From positions 434,001-498,000 of the forward strand of contig JADEYG010000012.1 of NCBI GenBank assembly GCA_016906335.1: a stretch of 64,000 nucleotides of DNA, written 5' to 3'. Position 1 is the stretch's first letter. Every line of letters starts with the position of its first letter. The DNA is from Novakomyces olei. Its lineage: Eukaryota. Below are positions 1-13,933 of the stretch, one piece after another. The translations under genes and the position numbers were made by a program. Under the pieces are notes generated by a model. It had not been told where the DNA came from and searched no databases. It saw only the letters and a program-made list of their open reading frames with translations.

Positions 1-1375
1 TTTAAACTGAAACAAGGAGAACAGTCGAATGAAATAATTAGAAAAGCAAGACTAGTAGCACAAGGGTACTCACAGATTTTTGGAAAAGACTATGAAGATA
101 CATACGCCCCAGTCGCTCGTCCTGACAGCATACGGTGGTTATTAGCCTACAGCGTAATTAAAAATTATGAAATCTATCAAATCGACGTGGATACAGCCTT
201 CCTATATGGTACACTAAAGGAGTCAGTGTACATGAAAAAACCCGATGGAGTGAAATTAAACCCGGCCTTGTCCTAAAATTAAACAAAAGTCTCTATGGTC
301 TCAAACAGGCACCAAGATCGTGGAACAGTGAACTGGATTCTACATTGACAAAATACGGTCTAACAAAATCAAACAAAGATTCTGCCATATATTACAATGA
401 CTCTTTAATTATTGCTGTCTACGTAGATGACCTCATGATCGTCGAAAAACAGAAAGGAAAGAGACTTGAATTTGAATCCTTTTTGAAAACATTTTACTCC
501 ATCAAGTCACTTGGAAAAATAAAGAGATATCTTGGTATGGACATTACATATGATCGCGACAAAGGAATACTCAAATTGTCACAGTCACAATTTGCTAAGT
601 CAATTATACGCACTTACGGAGACACTAACCTAAAATACATAAGTCAGCCCATCACAAACATCAATTCACTCTATCATCCCGCGGTTGAAAATTATGATTG
701 TCTGGAAATCTATCCAACTATTATAGGAAAATTAATATATTTGACCGAATGGACAAGACCAGACCTCAGATTTGCAATAAGTATGTTAAGCAAACATACA
801 AAAAGACAAAATGAAGAACAAATACAGGCCTTAAAACACACTATGAGATATCTAAACGCTACACTGGACACATGTATCACCTACACTAGAGAAAATGATC
901 TACAGATACACTCGTGGGGCGACTCTGATTTCGCCGGAGACACTTGCGACAGAAAATCCCGATCAGGATACGTTGTCTCACTAGGAAAAATAACGGCCCA
1001 ATAGCCTGGAACTCGCAAAAGCAAAAAATTGTAACACCAAGTACAATGATGGCGGAGTTCGAAGCTATGAAACTAACAGTCAATCAAGCCTTGTACTACA
1101 AATATCTAATGGACGAAATTAATAAAGGGCCCGATAACATCCCAATCGTCTACTGCGATAACAACGCCTGCATATTACTTGCAACTAATGGTGGAAACTA
1201 CCAGGGTTCAAAACATCTAAGTAACACCTGCTACTATGTGATGGATATTGTGAGAAATGGACTGATAAGCATACAGAGATGCCCCTCACGAAACATGAAG
1301 GCAGATGGATTGACCAAGAACCTACTTGGAAACAAATTCACTAAATTTACAAAAATGCTATACAATGAAGAATAA
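1..1375 (+). mobile_element. Ty1/copia retrotransposon pol 3' part (RT-RNase H), two frameshifts, 5'-truncated by the window
   Basis: Frame 1 gives KARLVAQGYSQ..DY..TYAPV and QIDVDTAFLYG. A shift near 260 leads to LNKSLYGLKQAPRSW, YVDD and DSDFAGD..DRKSRSGY. A shift near 988 leads to IAWNSQKQ, AEF, YCDN, SKH and KADGLTK. Confidence 0.95.
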
Positions 1376-1420
1376 CAAAAAAAAATAAATACAAGAATAC
1401 AAAAAGGAAATAAAAGATTC

Positions 1421-1428
1421 AAGGGGAG
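1421..1428 (+). other. Polypurine tract of the copia element
   Basis: AAGGGGAG immediately before the LTR start TGTTG. Confidence 0.85.
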
Positions 1429-1774
<346 letters not shown>

Positions 1775-1972
1775 AATATATATAATTCAAGGATCAATTT
1801 CTACTCCTTTAACTAAATTGAACGTTCAAGGATATATTAATGATCAGCCTGTCTCAAAATGATTATTGCTCAAATAGTTTCGGCTCCATGTGATTAAGAA
1901 CACGGAAACGTCTTTTGAAAAAGAGTAATAGATATAAAATTCAAATGCACCTCTTTACCCTGCTCGTTCTAT

Positions 1973-4552
1973 TCACACTGCCAAATTCGTTTGGTCTGCC
2001 AAAACCTGAGTCGTATCGCTATTCCCGGAATGTAGTAAAAAGCTCTGTTCTTCTGCTTTTGCCTCTGCCTCTTCCTGTTTCCTGGCACCTGTCCGCAGGG
2101 CCGTTGGACTGCCCTCCAACCCGGCTGCCACCTGCGCGTACTGTTTACGATCCGAATTGGGCTTTTCCACGCTTCCTATGGCTGACAGCACCGCTGCCGG
2201 CTGGCCGGGAATTGGACTGCCCGCAACAACAGGACTGGAAAGTAAAGTCGGCTCTGCAGGAGAAGGACTTGAAGATGCTAAATTATTATTGTTATTATTA
2301 AGGGCAGTATTATTGTTACTGGCTTTGACTTGAGCAATATGATCGCGTATTCCCTCAAAGCTTTTCAGCATCTTTCTTCTTGCTCCCAAGGCAGAAACGC
2401 CCTTTGATTGTAATGCAACATCGTCCAGTCCTATTAGTTCAAAGCAGTTCAAGTGCCTTAAACTATCCGTATATTTATGTAGCCGTAACGATTTCAAGTA
2501 GCCCGGAACATCGCCTGCCAACGCAAGTGCAATAGAATCTTTAATCTGTTGTTGATTTGAATGCACCTGCCTTGATCCTGGAGTTGAATCAGACGCAAAA
2601 GTATCGTCTGATAGAAAACTGCTTGTATGAAGACTCCGGGGAGTCTCTGGGGCAGCTGCAAAAGGTGAGGATCCATTGTAACTGTTGTTGCTATTATTGT
2701 TATTATTATAATTGTTTTTCATGCTGGAGTTATAAGTAGCAGCCGATCGAGTAGGCATTGCCCAGCCCGGAGTTCCTCTAAAACAAGACGAAGATGACGA
2801 GGCAGGCGATGACGCTGAAGCCTGACCGGAAGCTGGGGTGGAAGTATTGAAAGACGTATGGGAAATTGCCTTTTGCATTTGCTGTGGAGTGCCCGTCTCA
2901 TGCTGAGGAGGAGAAGAGAGTGATACTCTAGCTCCTGCTGGTTTAATATTTGTCCCTGGGTTATTGTACCGCGCGTACCTGTCCCCACGAAAGTTTGAAT
3001 CGGCTCTGCCTGTGTTGTAGTAGCCTTTAACATCCGTCTTGTAATTGTTCTTGTCATTGCTGTTATAATAATAAATATTATTATTATAATTATTAATATT
3101 AGTATTGCTGTCCGTATCCCGCCGACTGAGGGTACTGCCCCGCTGGTACTTTCGCACATCCGAGTCTAGGACAACAGCAGACCGAACGTCTGGTGTTTGC
3201 TGGGTCAAAGGCGACGCCGATGTAACGTGACTTGTATAAGCTGGCCACCTTCTTGAGGGGACAGGACTCGCATCGTACCCGGACTGTGCCGTAACAAAAC
3301 TTGCACTTCTCTGAGAATGAGGAGTGTATCCAAAATTTGTAGCTGGAGTGCTCATTACACTTGCCCATGAAGGTCGGTAGGGGGAAAAGTCTGTAGATTC
3401 GTCCATTTGATTTACATTTATATTTTGAGCTTGCTCGTTGCCGTTTGTCTCACCACTAGAACCTGGTCGGTTCGCCTGGTCAACAGAACTCGGCCTTGAT
3501 GGTCCCTTGTTTGCCTCTAATCCTGTACTTATTCCGCCAACACTACTACTACCGGCCCTATGTTTTGTATCTGATTGCGGGAAAAGCATAACGCCCTGAT
3601 GACTGTTTCGCGAAGCATGGATTTTGGCCCTTTGAGTAGCAATTGCCGCAGCAGCGTCAGGAAACATGGCGTTTATAGTAGAATTTCCAAGCGAAATGGG
3701 CGGGCTGCTTTGCTGTGTTTGAGATTGTTGATTTTGATTTTGCTGTAACTGATGCTGATTTTGTTGTGGCTGCTGCCCGTTTGCTTCGCCGGTGTTTGCT
3801 AGCCCTGTTTCCGGAACAGTGAAAGGTGAGTTTCGTTCATCGCGACTACCGCTGCGCAAATACCGTTGCGGTTGATCTGGAATAGTTGGTTTAACGCTTG
3901 CGGAACAGGGAATTGAAAACTAAAAGGCATAAAAAGGCCGAAATAAAACAATATAATATAAAATGAATTGAAGTAAAAGAACTCAATCTATAAATGAGCA
4001 CAGGAAGCAGTCTGTCAGAAACAGAAAATGCAAAATAAACAAAAGTACACATGTACGTATATTGACAAAATCATAAATGTTTCACTGGCATACCCTTCTC
4101 GAACGCGGGCGAGAGTATAGACGACATTGGATCTTGGTGGCTCATTTGCTGCAAGACAGCGGAAAAGAACCGGACTTGAACTTGTGTAGTCTGTTGGAGC
4201 AGTGCATACAGCGCGGCAGTACGCTCGGCATCGTTGAGAACGGAGAACCATTCTTCAATGTGTCCCAATTCCTCCTTAAAATTTTGGTCGAGCGAGGCTG
4301 AGGCCATTTCTTCCAGCGTTCGCTCATAGTGGGTCAAATCTTCCAGCCATTTATCAAAGGCAGCTGCAAGTTAGTGTTGCCGATTTAAATTACTTTACCA
4401 TCCGCATTATTCCGGCCAAGTGATTCCGATGCGTTAAAAAAAGGGCCAGAGTCATTGAACTCGTTGTTTTGCGTCCGCAACGTAGAAACATCAATTGAAG
4501 CTCGAAACGCGTGGGGAGTGCCACGGAACTTTTGTCCCGGAAAGTCTGACAT
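1973..4552 (-). CDS. VTS1: Vts1/Smaug SAM-domain RNA-binding protein; introns 4364-4398 and 3877-4093
   Basis: Spliced N-terminus [59 protein letters not shown] domain [25 protein letters not shown]. Confidence 0.92.
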
Positions 4553-5940
4553 GCTGCCGTGCGGAGGGTAAGGCCTGATCCGAGAGCTGTGGCAAACCTT
4601 TTAATATTCTCAAAGCAATCCACACAAGTCCAGTATCAAGATCAATTGACCACCGCTTTGATCTCAAACTCAATTGACAGATTTTAACAGCTTGGTATCC
4701 GTGAAAAGCGTGCCCTATACCGCTACTCTTTTTGCTTTCCCGTCTTTACCCAGATCTCCGCTTTTAGATTTAGGTTCCTGACAGCACTAAATTCTACAGG
4801 CAGTGCACAAACAAGTACTGCCACACAGCTGCAACTGTACCACGGAATTGACCAACAATGACAAAGTTGGACAGTGGTGGACACGGCAGTGGCCAGCACA
4901 GCGGCCCACACGCTCTAGATACACGCGTCGAGGGCTGTTGAACAAGTCGAGGCCACTGTTCTACAGGAGTATCAGACTACGGTGGTCATTATAGTGCCGA
5001 CTACTTTAAAGTTACTATTGAATAATGTGCGTTTATCCATTACAGTAATCTAACATGAGCGCCTGAATAACATTCTCATTTCCTCCATAATTTAGCGCGA
5101 TTGTGCCTTGCCGTATACGTCCAATAGACGACACTTGTTAGTATTGTACTATTGCAATAGCAAAGTATGGCTTACCCTACTCTTGCCAAAAGCCAAACTG
5201 TACTCTCCGTCTCATACATAACCTTGAACCTAACCTTGCACGACTAATGTTTTGCTTTAAAAATATCCACGCGTAATACCGGCCAACAAGTAATCTTCGC
5301 CGTTTACTGATAAATAATATTTTTTAATGTCCAAATCACCAAGTAATCGAACATTAGAGGGGAAGTATCGGGCGGACGCGGGCGGAACAGCGATTTATCA
5401 TAAAAATGGTTGCGGAAACGGAATAGTGCAAACTGAACATGCTATCAATTACGTTTTTGTTTTTGTTTTTGTTTTATTCTAATTATTAACGTATGCTTTT
5501 CTGTCTTGAATTATCTATAAACATATAATAACGTCTATTTCACGTATACACGCTGTAGAATTCCGCCACTACAAGCAGACCATTTTCTTTTTCCGATTCC
5601 CAAAGTCGGACAGACCAAAGCCGTACAGCTCCATCCGAAGACAAAAAGCCACTTAAAAAACAATCAATAGACCAATAAAAACGAGAGAAGGTACAAAAAT
5701 TGAAGATTAGAACCAAAAACAAAGAGTACGTGGAGCTGGCCCAACCGTATATAAGCAAGTAAAAGATATCACGCTGCCGATGAAATGCAGAAAAATAAAA
5801 AATAAAAACCACAAAAGTATGTCACGCCAACGTGCACGCCATACGAAAACCTAAGCTACAATAAGAGTCTTGACGATGGCTCCATTTCAACGATGACTTT
5901 GTTAAACCAATGCTTTAATTTTTCTCATCCTTTCTAGCAA

Positions 5941-7024
5941 TTATCCCTGGGGTTTTCGAGTTTTCGCAAAAGGCGTATCTGATTGTGAAGCCACTTTTCG
6001 CTTCACAGTAATCGTGCTCCCTGCCGTAGTCGTGATCAGGTTCACGAGTCCATCCTGCTGATGAAGGTCGACGATCTCGTCGGCACCACCGATAGAGTGC
6101 CCGACAAGAACAATATTGGGTACAGTTTGCCGGCCTGTAACTTTGGCGAGAGCCTTTTGTAATTGAGGGCCATGCTCATGCTGGTCGATTTCAACTACAA
6201 CAGGTTTCGGCGTAATATCGTACAATTCAAGCAGAATTTGTTTCGCTTTTCGCGAATGCGGACAAGTAGTCTTTGAAAATATTACAAGTGGGCTCTGTGA
6301 CATGAGACGCGGCAGATCTGTACGTTAGTGCAAAGTCTAGACTGGAATCCAAACATTAAAAGAATCATTGTAAAAACAAGCTCCACAAGAGTAGGACGAA
6401 AGTATCAATAATAAGGTAAAACAAGACAAACAAATAGCGGACAAAACCATATGAATATGACCACTTACCCTTTTCTGCGCTGTAACTGGACACGGTTCCC
6501 TCTTCAGGAGCATCGCCGTCTCCCTTATAAGCCGAGTGACCGCGTTCTGCTTGCGCTTCTTCCACTCCCGTCGGGAACGCTGCACTCGCTTTAGTCGCTG
6601 CTTCATTATACTTTGCCAACTCTGTTTCCTTTGCAGCAGTAAGCTTGCCCGTTTCCTTTGCTTTCAGGCCCGTACCCAGTACAACTGCCGTCTGTTTCAC
6701 ATTTGCCTTTTCCCCGTAATACTCTGTCTCCGAGTCAGTGTACATCATTTGCGTTCCTGCTGCTTTTGCCGCCTCCTCTGTCTCTGTCAGCCGAGCAGCC
6801 TGATCTACTGCGGGCGAAGGCGGCTTTTGCTGTACTAAAGGCGCCGGCGCCGGAACACGCTCGCGCCGTGAATCGTATACGTCTCTGTCCATCTGACCGC
6901 GGTCAGATGGAGCATGAGTGAACTGCTTCGTAGCTGCAGCAGAGGGTCTATGGTACAAAAAGTAGCTCGATACAAAGACAAAGCATATAATGCCAGCCAG
7001 CATAAGCCTGGAGCGACGGAACAT
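5941..7024 (-). CDS. Secretory-pathway monothiol glutaredoxin (Grx6/7-like); intron 6318-6468
   Basis: N-terminal TM anchor after MFRRSR; IFSKTTCPHS, GRQTVPNI, SIGGAD; the GTAAGT..CTAAC..CAG intron joins the exons in frame. Confidence 0.9.
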
Positions 7025-7384
7025 TATCGCTGCGCAATAGAAATCGAAGGGCAATTGGCCTAAAAAGAGAATTGCAGAGCAATAAAGCAGACGCAACGGC
7101 CGAGACTGATGGAGAGCAGACAGGATATCTCTGCCGAGTCGCGTGGCAATACTTTGGTGCTGTGTAAAGACGAGGGTTAAGAGCGCACAGGTTTACCGAT
7201 CTATACGCAGGCGCGCGTCGCGTCGACGTACATTTCTTGATACTTGTCAGGAACGCTCAGTAAGATTAATCACCGAATTGGGAATGAATGGATTCTACTG
7301 CTACAATCAAGTGTAATTATAATATGGCACATTGCAGATTAGCAATGTTTGAAATAGGTTCGAGAATAGGCGTTATCAAACATT

Positions 7385-7450
7385 AAACACTATCGAGAAT
7401 CAAGCATCAAGAATTAAGCATCAAGAATCGAGCGTCAAGAATCAAGCATG
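7385..7450. repeat. Degenerate ~14-bp tandem repeat (AAGAATCAAGCATC)
   Basis: About 4 imperfect copies left of the solo LTR. Confidence 0.7.
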
Positions 7451-7457
7451 TTTAGAC

Positions 7458-7646
7458 TGTTGTAATTTAACATCGATAGAGTACTTGGGTAGAATGATTG
7501 AATGAGCAACACACAAGCACTCCTCCAGCTGAATCTCTGAAGGGTCCGAGGGGTCACTCGGACTAAGAGTTACAAGATACGTATCTGAACTACGAATTGA
7601 ATAGTCGAAAAGTAATATTGAAGTAATATTAGATGCATATTCAACA
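7458..7646 (-). mobile_element. Solo LTR related to the copia LTR at 1429-1774
   Basis: Minus strand starts TGTTGAATATGCATCTAATAT (LTR: TGTTGAAATATGAATCTATTAT), shares CCCTC..ACCCT..GATTCAGCTG..ATTCA..TCTACC and ends TACAACA; flanks TAGAC/TAAAC (4/5 TSD). Confidence 0.8.
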
Positions 7647-7667
7647 TAAACATTATTATTATGCATT

Positions 7668-7790
7668 ATCAAACATTGATTATCAACATTAAACACCAAC
7701 ATTAAACATTGAATACTAACATTATACATTAAATATTATACATTAAACATTAACATTAAATATTTACATTATACATTAAACGTTATCAAA
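7668..7790. repeat. Degenerate ACATTAA/ACATTAT 7-mer array
   Basis: Repeated ACATTA(A/T) units right of the solo LTR. Confidence 0.7.
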
Positions 7791-7900
7791 CATACGAAAT
7801 GCTGATACAAAAGTGGCACTCGAACAGTACGGCGCAGGAGAGAATGCATTCGCGTCGGGATAAACGGTCTATTTGCAGTTTCAAGTAGCGCCAATCCGTA

Positions 7901-10900
7901 ATGGCCGAAAAGGACGCGACGGGCTTATCGCCCGAGCCAAGTGAGAGCGGTGAGAGCGGTGAGAGCGGTGAGAGCGTCCGCGGCGGTAATGTATCCCTAA
8001 ACGTGGAGAGCGAGGCCGATACGGCCAAAGTACTCGGGGATCAGTTGGAGACAGACGCTGCAATGATCCAGGCAATAGCCGAGTCAGAATCGTTCCACGA
8101 CCCCGCAATGCCGGCAGCGTCGCTTCAAGACGCAGATTTGTGGTCAGAGACGTCGTCTAATGCAGACGCAGACGCGTATGCTCAGGCAGAAACACGTGAG
8201 CTTTTCAACGTGAAACGCAGCCAGCGGACTTTGTCTCAATGGGATTTGGATTTGCGCGACGCGTCTGGCGTAGGCAGATCTACGGCTCGCCGGGTAAGGA
8301 CTACATCATGTGGAGCTTTATATCTTGCAAAGGAAAAAATTAAAATTAAAACCAAATCAGTCGATAAAAATAAAGAAATAAAAATTAATAAAAATTACAA
8401 AAATATGAATAAAAAAATATAAATATAAATAAAATAAAAAAGGAAAGAAAGCCTTAATTTAAGACAGCCAAGACTGTAGGGCAGAGACAAGTGACAATAG
8501 ACAAATATTTCAACACAGAATGTTATCTAACAGTGCAGGCACGCAAGAGGAGAAAAGGGCAAAAGCTTTCGGTTGAAGTACAAGCCAAACTGCAGGAGGC
8601 TAATATAGCATTTGCCCAGCATGGAGATTTTGAACAGGCACGCGTGTTACTTTCAGACATTATCCGGATCGATTCGAGTATCGCTGCTGCCTGGCGCACT
8701 CTCTCCGTTGTCTTTGCTCATACAGGCGAAAAAGAAAAGCAGTGCCGGGCTCTTATAACAGCCGCCCTTCTGCTTCGTAAAGATGCAGATCTTTGGCTTG
8801 ATTGTGCAAGACTGTGTGAGTCCCTGGGCAAATGGCGAGACGCCCAAGTCTGCTATCGTCGAGCAGGCAGATGGACTATTGTTGAAGACGAGGCGAGTAA
8901 AGAAAAGGCAATTGACATTTATTGGGCACTGTACTCCATTGCAGCTACTCAAACTCATCATATGGAATCGGCGCTTTTCGCACTCGGCCATATACTGAAA
9001 CATGAGCCAAGTAATCGCCTAGCCATGCAGTACCTGGCCAGCTTATACAAGATTATGGACCGTGTCCCGGAGGCCATTCAAGTCTACGAAGCGGATTTGG
9101 ACAAGTACATCCGCTACCCTGAACCCCCGACTGGACCCGATGTTTTCCATTGGCCAGAATTAAATGCCCTAGCTGATCTTTACTTGGCCGGACGAATGTA
9201 CCGTAAACTCGTTAGGGCAGTAAGCAAGATCGCTCGCTGGTTACGTGGGCGGAAGAACGAATCCTTTTGGGATTTATGTGTGGACGATCGCGAGTGGGAT
9301 GAGGATAATGTACGGCGGTTGCAACTGCGTGATTTTCGTGCTATTTGTGGGGAAACCAATGGGGCAGAAGACATGAATTCCCCCGAGTTTTTGGCTGCTT
9401 ACGATCTTCCCTTAATGCTGCGTGCCCACTTGGCTATCGCGCGGTGCAAATTAAACGATGTCCCAGAAGCATTACGACATATAGCCATCTTGGAAGCTTT
9501 GCCACTGACCCGCTGGACACCAGACTTGGTTGTATTGGCCCACGAAGCTGCACGCTGCCTGGCCGCCTGTGGAAGAGACGAAGAGGCTCTTTCGCTCTAC
9601 CTGAAACTGACAGAGACTGACTTGGTACCGGAGGCACTCCACCCAGCTTTGTACGCAGAAATGGGTAAAATATACAGGCGGGTCGACGATGCCGAGCAGG
9701 CTATTGCTTGTTTTAAATACGTTGTAAACTTTGAGCATGATTCTGACGTAATGATTCAGCTGGCGGAATTGTACGAGGCCACTGATCGTAATGAGGAGGC
9801 CTTGCAGGTTCTTCAGCAGCTGCGTCGGTCTCATTATGGAGGAGCATTGGGCAATTCATCTGCAAATTCAGAGGCAGAGGCAATTGCCGCTGCTCAAGAA
9901 GGGGAAATGTTTATGGGCCGGAAATCTGGATCTGGAACCGATCGTCGAGGCCGGAAACAGTCGAAGGCTGAGCTTGATGAACAAGAGGAAGAAAAGGCCC
10001 GCCATGTCTCTTTGCAGTGGAAGGAATTGCGGCAAAATTTACAAAAGTTGGCAATTGGCACGAGCAGTGTTCAAGATGCGATTGGCCATAAAGACGCGAC
10101 CATCGAACAAGACTCTGGCAGAGTTAACCAGCAAACTGCACGCAATCAAATAATAGACATGGCTGCTCCGTTACTTGAAGAGTTTGCCCAAACAAGGGCA
10201 CTTTTTCCGACAGTCAGGGCTTCAAGGTTTCGCGGCGTTAATGCTAATCGATTGCGAACGCGTAAAAACTTTGATGAGCAATTGGAAGAAATGACTCAGC
10301 GATTGGAGAACGCAATAGATGAGGAAGGCGGCATTTATGATCAGCGTCAGGCTTCTCGTCCGATCGAATCTTTGCCGGATGTGCTGTACGGAGTCCCCTT
10401 TGACGATTGGCTGGAGATGTATGTCCGCTGTGCCCTGTTAATGGCGGTAGAAAGACCGCTTGAAGCAGTAGATCTGCTTAAAGAAGCGCAAAGAGCAAAC
10501 GTCTTTTACCAAAATAAAAGAAGGTTCCAGCGCCTTCATAATGCCATGCTAGCCTGTGTAGCAGTGTACAGCAGTGGTGGCCACCAGGACACGGAAAATG
10601 TCAATGATGAAGTTGGGGAAAACGCTAAAATAAAGGCCGCCAAAAACGGAGAAAGGGACAGGGCCGATGAGGGAGAAGGGTCAGTTGTAGATGAAGTTGT
10701 CCGGTGGTTTTGTTTCCAAAAGCCTCGCGACTCCAGCCTAAATCACGCCTACAAGCTATGGCCAGAGTTGTGTGCTTCTGTGCGTGGACGTTGGCAGATT
10801 TTGGTTCATTCAAACACTATGAAGTTTGTGCAGAGGCACATTAATGCTATAGATAGTGCAGTCGCGTTATCAAACAATATGGAAAAGCAATATAGTGCCT

Positions 10901-11455
10901 CTTTGCTGTTAATGTATGGGCAAATGCTGGCGACGAAAGGCTCAATCAAATCCGCCTTGTACTACTATGGCCGATGTTACATGCTGGCGCCTAATGATGC
11001 TATGCTGAACTTATCATTGGGTATCAGCTACTTTCAATTAGCTATGCAGCGAATGACAGTCAACCGACATTATCAAATAGTACAGGGATTAGTCTTCTGG
11101 CAAAGGTACTTGCGATTACGCTCCACAATGGGCATTACGCAGGCTCAAGAGGCAAACTATAATGTGGGCAGAGCCATGCATTTGATTGGTACGTGTTCTG
11201 GGCTATTCAATTATTCAATTGACTAGATGATTGAGATTTTATTTATTTTGTCTATTCTAACTTTCAGGTCTGGCACACTTGGCGATTCCGTTTTATGAGC
11301 GCGTCATTACTATTTCACGGAACCAGACAGGAAAGGCGAGTTTGGGCAAGTATGATTTGCGTTGGGAGGCGGCTTATAATTTGTGTATAATCTACAAAGT
11401 CAGTGAAAATACTGCGGCCGTTGAGAGACTGCTAGATGCCGATTTGGTCATGTAG
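7901..11455 (+). CDS. TFC4: TFIIIC TPR subunit (Tfc4/Sfc4); introns 8294-8538 and 11189-11267
   Basis: Acidic N-terminus, TPR array, C-terminal RMTVNRHYQIVQGL..QEANYNVGRAMHLIGLAHLAIPFYE..DLRWEAAYNL. Confidence 0.9.
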
Positions 11456-12203
11456 CATCTCTTTCTTTAGCTCTTTATTGATGATACCCTTGTACAGGAC
11501 TTTAGTAGATATGCTTAATTTATACTACCATGAAAACTTATACAGCATTGCAATTTGCCTTTTTGTATTTATTTATTCGTTCCTTCGTTTTGTCCTCATG
11601 ATTTTGTTATCTAATTATTTCTGTTTCTGTTTTTTTAGAAATTTTTCTTTTCTGTATGTTTCCAAGATTTTCATTGTCCAACCCGAAGTTTCAGGTATGT
11701 GAATCACGCAAATCGACACATCTTTCTTCCTCTTTCTCTTCCTTCTTCTTTGTATACGTATTTGCAAACAGTATCCACAGAGATTTTCTGCCACTCAAAA
11801 AATAATTGAAATGGCTATTTATTGTTCAACTGGAGCCGTCGGCATATTTTAATTAAAATTATGTAGTTTCTGCATAGCAAACGCATAACTATATCGCATT
11901 GCACGAGATCCATGGCTTGGTATTTATTGACATCTATGTTTATCACCATAGGTATATGACGAAAGCACACTTGGCCCTTGTTGATGTTTTGCCTAGATAT
12001 TGTTTTGCCTTGTCATGTTTGTTCTGGGGACCGCTCTACTCATAAGGGCCAAGTGCGCGTACATTGGAGCAAATTTATACATATATACTGCAAATTGCTG
12101 ACGAATTTCGTACGCTTTGCAGCGCCGAGACTCGTGTATGATTGAGCGTGTACACATTAAGCGTGCAGTATACTCATTATAGCACAGTTTCACTTGTCCA
12201 CAG

Positions 12204-12258
12204 TAATAATAATAATAATAATAATAATTTACTAATAATTTACTAATAATTTACTAAT
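12204..12258 (+). repeat. (AAT)~8 plus three ~11-bp AATTTACTAAT units upstream of PP1
   Basis: Direct inspection. Confidence 0.8.
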
Positions 12259-12420
12259 TGTAACAATAATAAATGTAATACGATATTAATGTGGCAATAT
12301 TGATAAAATATAATGCTCGTGGATACGTGTTACGTCTCATGCGCCAGCAAAGTAAACTTTGAATATTTATTTATATAATCGTCTCAAAATATCTCCATAT
12401 ATATACACACACACCGTAGC

Positions 12421-13933
12421 ATGGCTGAGACGGAGGTGGATCTTGATTCGATTATCGATCGGCTGTTAGAAGGTAAAAGCCCTCTCAAAAGCGCGCTGCT
12501 GTATCACCAAGGCTACGCTGCGTATACGGTGGCTGCTCTCTTTGACTTTATCTTTTTCTTTCTCGTTCAATAAAAATTGCATTTCGTTTTGCACTTTGTA
12601 TTTGGTGGCGGGCCAAGCGGCACTACTCAATCATCGACCTTTTCAGACGACCGTAGGCTGTTTGATCGAGTAGCCAGCCTTGTCCAGCGTCAGGATACGT
12701 CTTTTTCCCTTGCTCTTTAGCGTGGCACACGGCAGCTTTAGCCTATCCGTCTTTTTGCCAGATCCCTTTTGCTTTATATGCAATTTTTATTGGTCTCGAG
12801 ATGCGCGGATCAACACGCGAAATAGAGCCATAGTAATATGCAAATAATGGCCAGCTTGCCAAAGTGGACGCCAAAGTGGACGCGTGGCCTTGCCTTTTTG
12901 CTTCTCACGCTTATTATTGCTTAAATGCAGGAATACTGACTGCTTTTTAGTGCGTGGAAATCGGCCGGGCAAACAAGTGCAGTTGGCCGAGTATGAGATT
13001 CGGTTTCTGTGCACAAGAGCTCGTGAAATATTCATTGGACAGCCTATTTTGTTAGAGCTCGAAGCGCCTATTAAAATATGTGGTATGAAAACAAACGAAA
13101 TTTCGGCAAATAACTAAATTCTTGTCAAAGGCGATATTCACGGACAATACTATGATCTGCTGCGACTTTTCGAGTACGGTGGGTTCCCACCCGAATCAAA
13201 TTATCTGTTTTTGGGCGATTATGTGGACCGTGGAAAGCAGTCGTTAGAAACTATTTGTCTCCTTCTTGCATATAAAATAAAGTACCCCGAAAACTTTTTC
13301 ATTCTGCGCGGAAATCATGAGTGTGCCAGTATCAATCGCATTTATGGATTTTATGACGAATGCAAACGGCGGTATAATATAAAGCTGTGGAAAACTTTCA
13401 CAGACTGCTTCAACTGTCTCCCTGTGGCCGCTATTATTGATGAAAAGATCTTTACTATGCACGGTGGCCTTTCTCCTGATCTCAATTCTATGGAGCAAAT
13501 TCGTCGCATAATGCGGCCCACTGACGTACCGGATACGGGTCTGCTGTGCGATTTGTTGTGGTCTGATCCGGACAAGGATATCACGGGCTGGAGTGAAAAT
13601 GACCGTGGTGTTTCTTTTACTTTTGGCTCTGATGTAGTCTCCCGGTTTTTGCATAAACACGACATGGATCTTATATGCCGAGCTCATCAGGTAGTCGAGG
13701 ATGGGTACGAGTTTTTCGCAAAACGTCAACTTGTCACCCTATTTTCTGCTCCGAATTATTGCGGAGAATTCGATAATGCCGGAGCCATGATGAGCGTTGA
13801 CGACAGTCTTTTGTGCTCCTTTCAAATATTAAAACCTGCAGAAAAGAAGCAAAAGTATTCTTACCCATCATTGGGCCAGGGACGGCCAATGACGCCTCCG
13901 AGAAAGCAAAAATCAAAAGGAGCTAAAGCTTAG
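12421..13933 (+). CDS. GLC7: Protein phosphatase 1 catalytic subunit (Glc7/Dis2); introns 12473-12950 and 13083-13130
   Basis: [54 protein letters not shown]. Confidence 0.97.
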
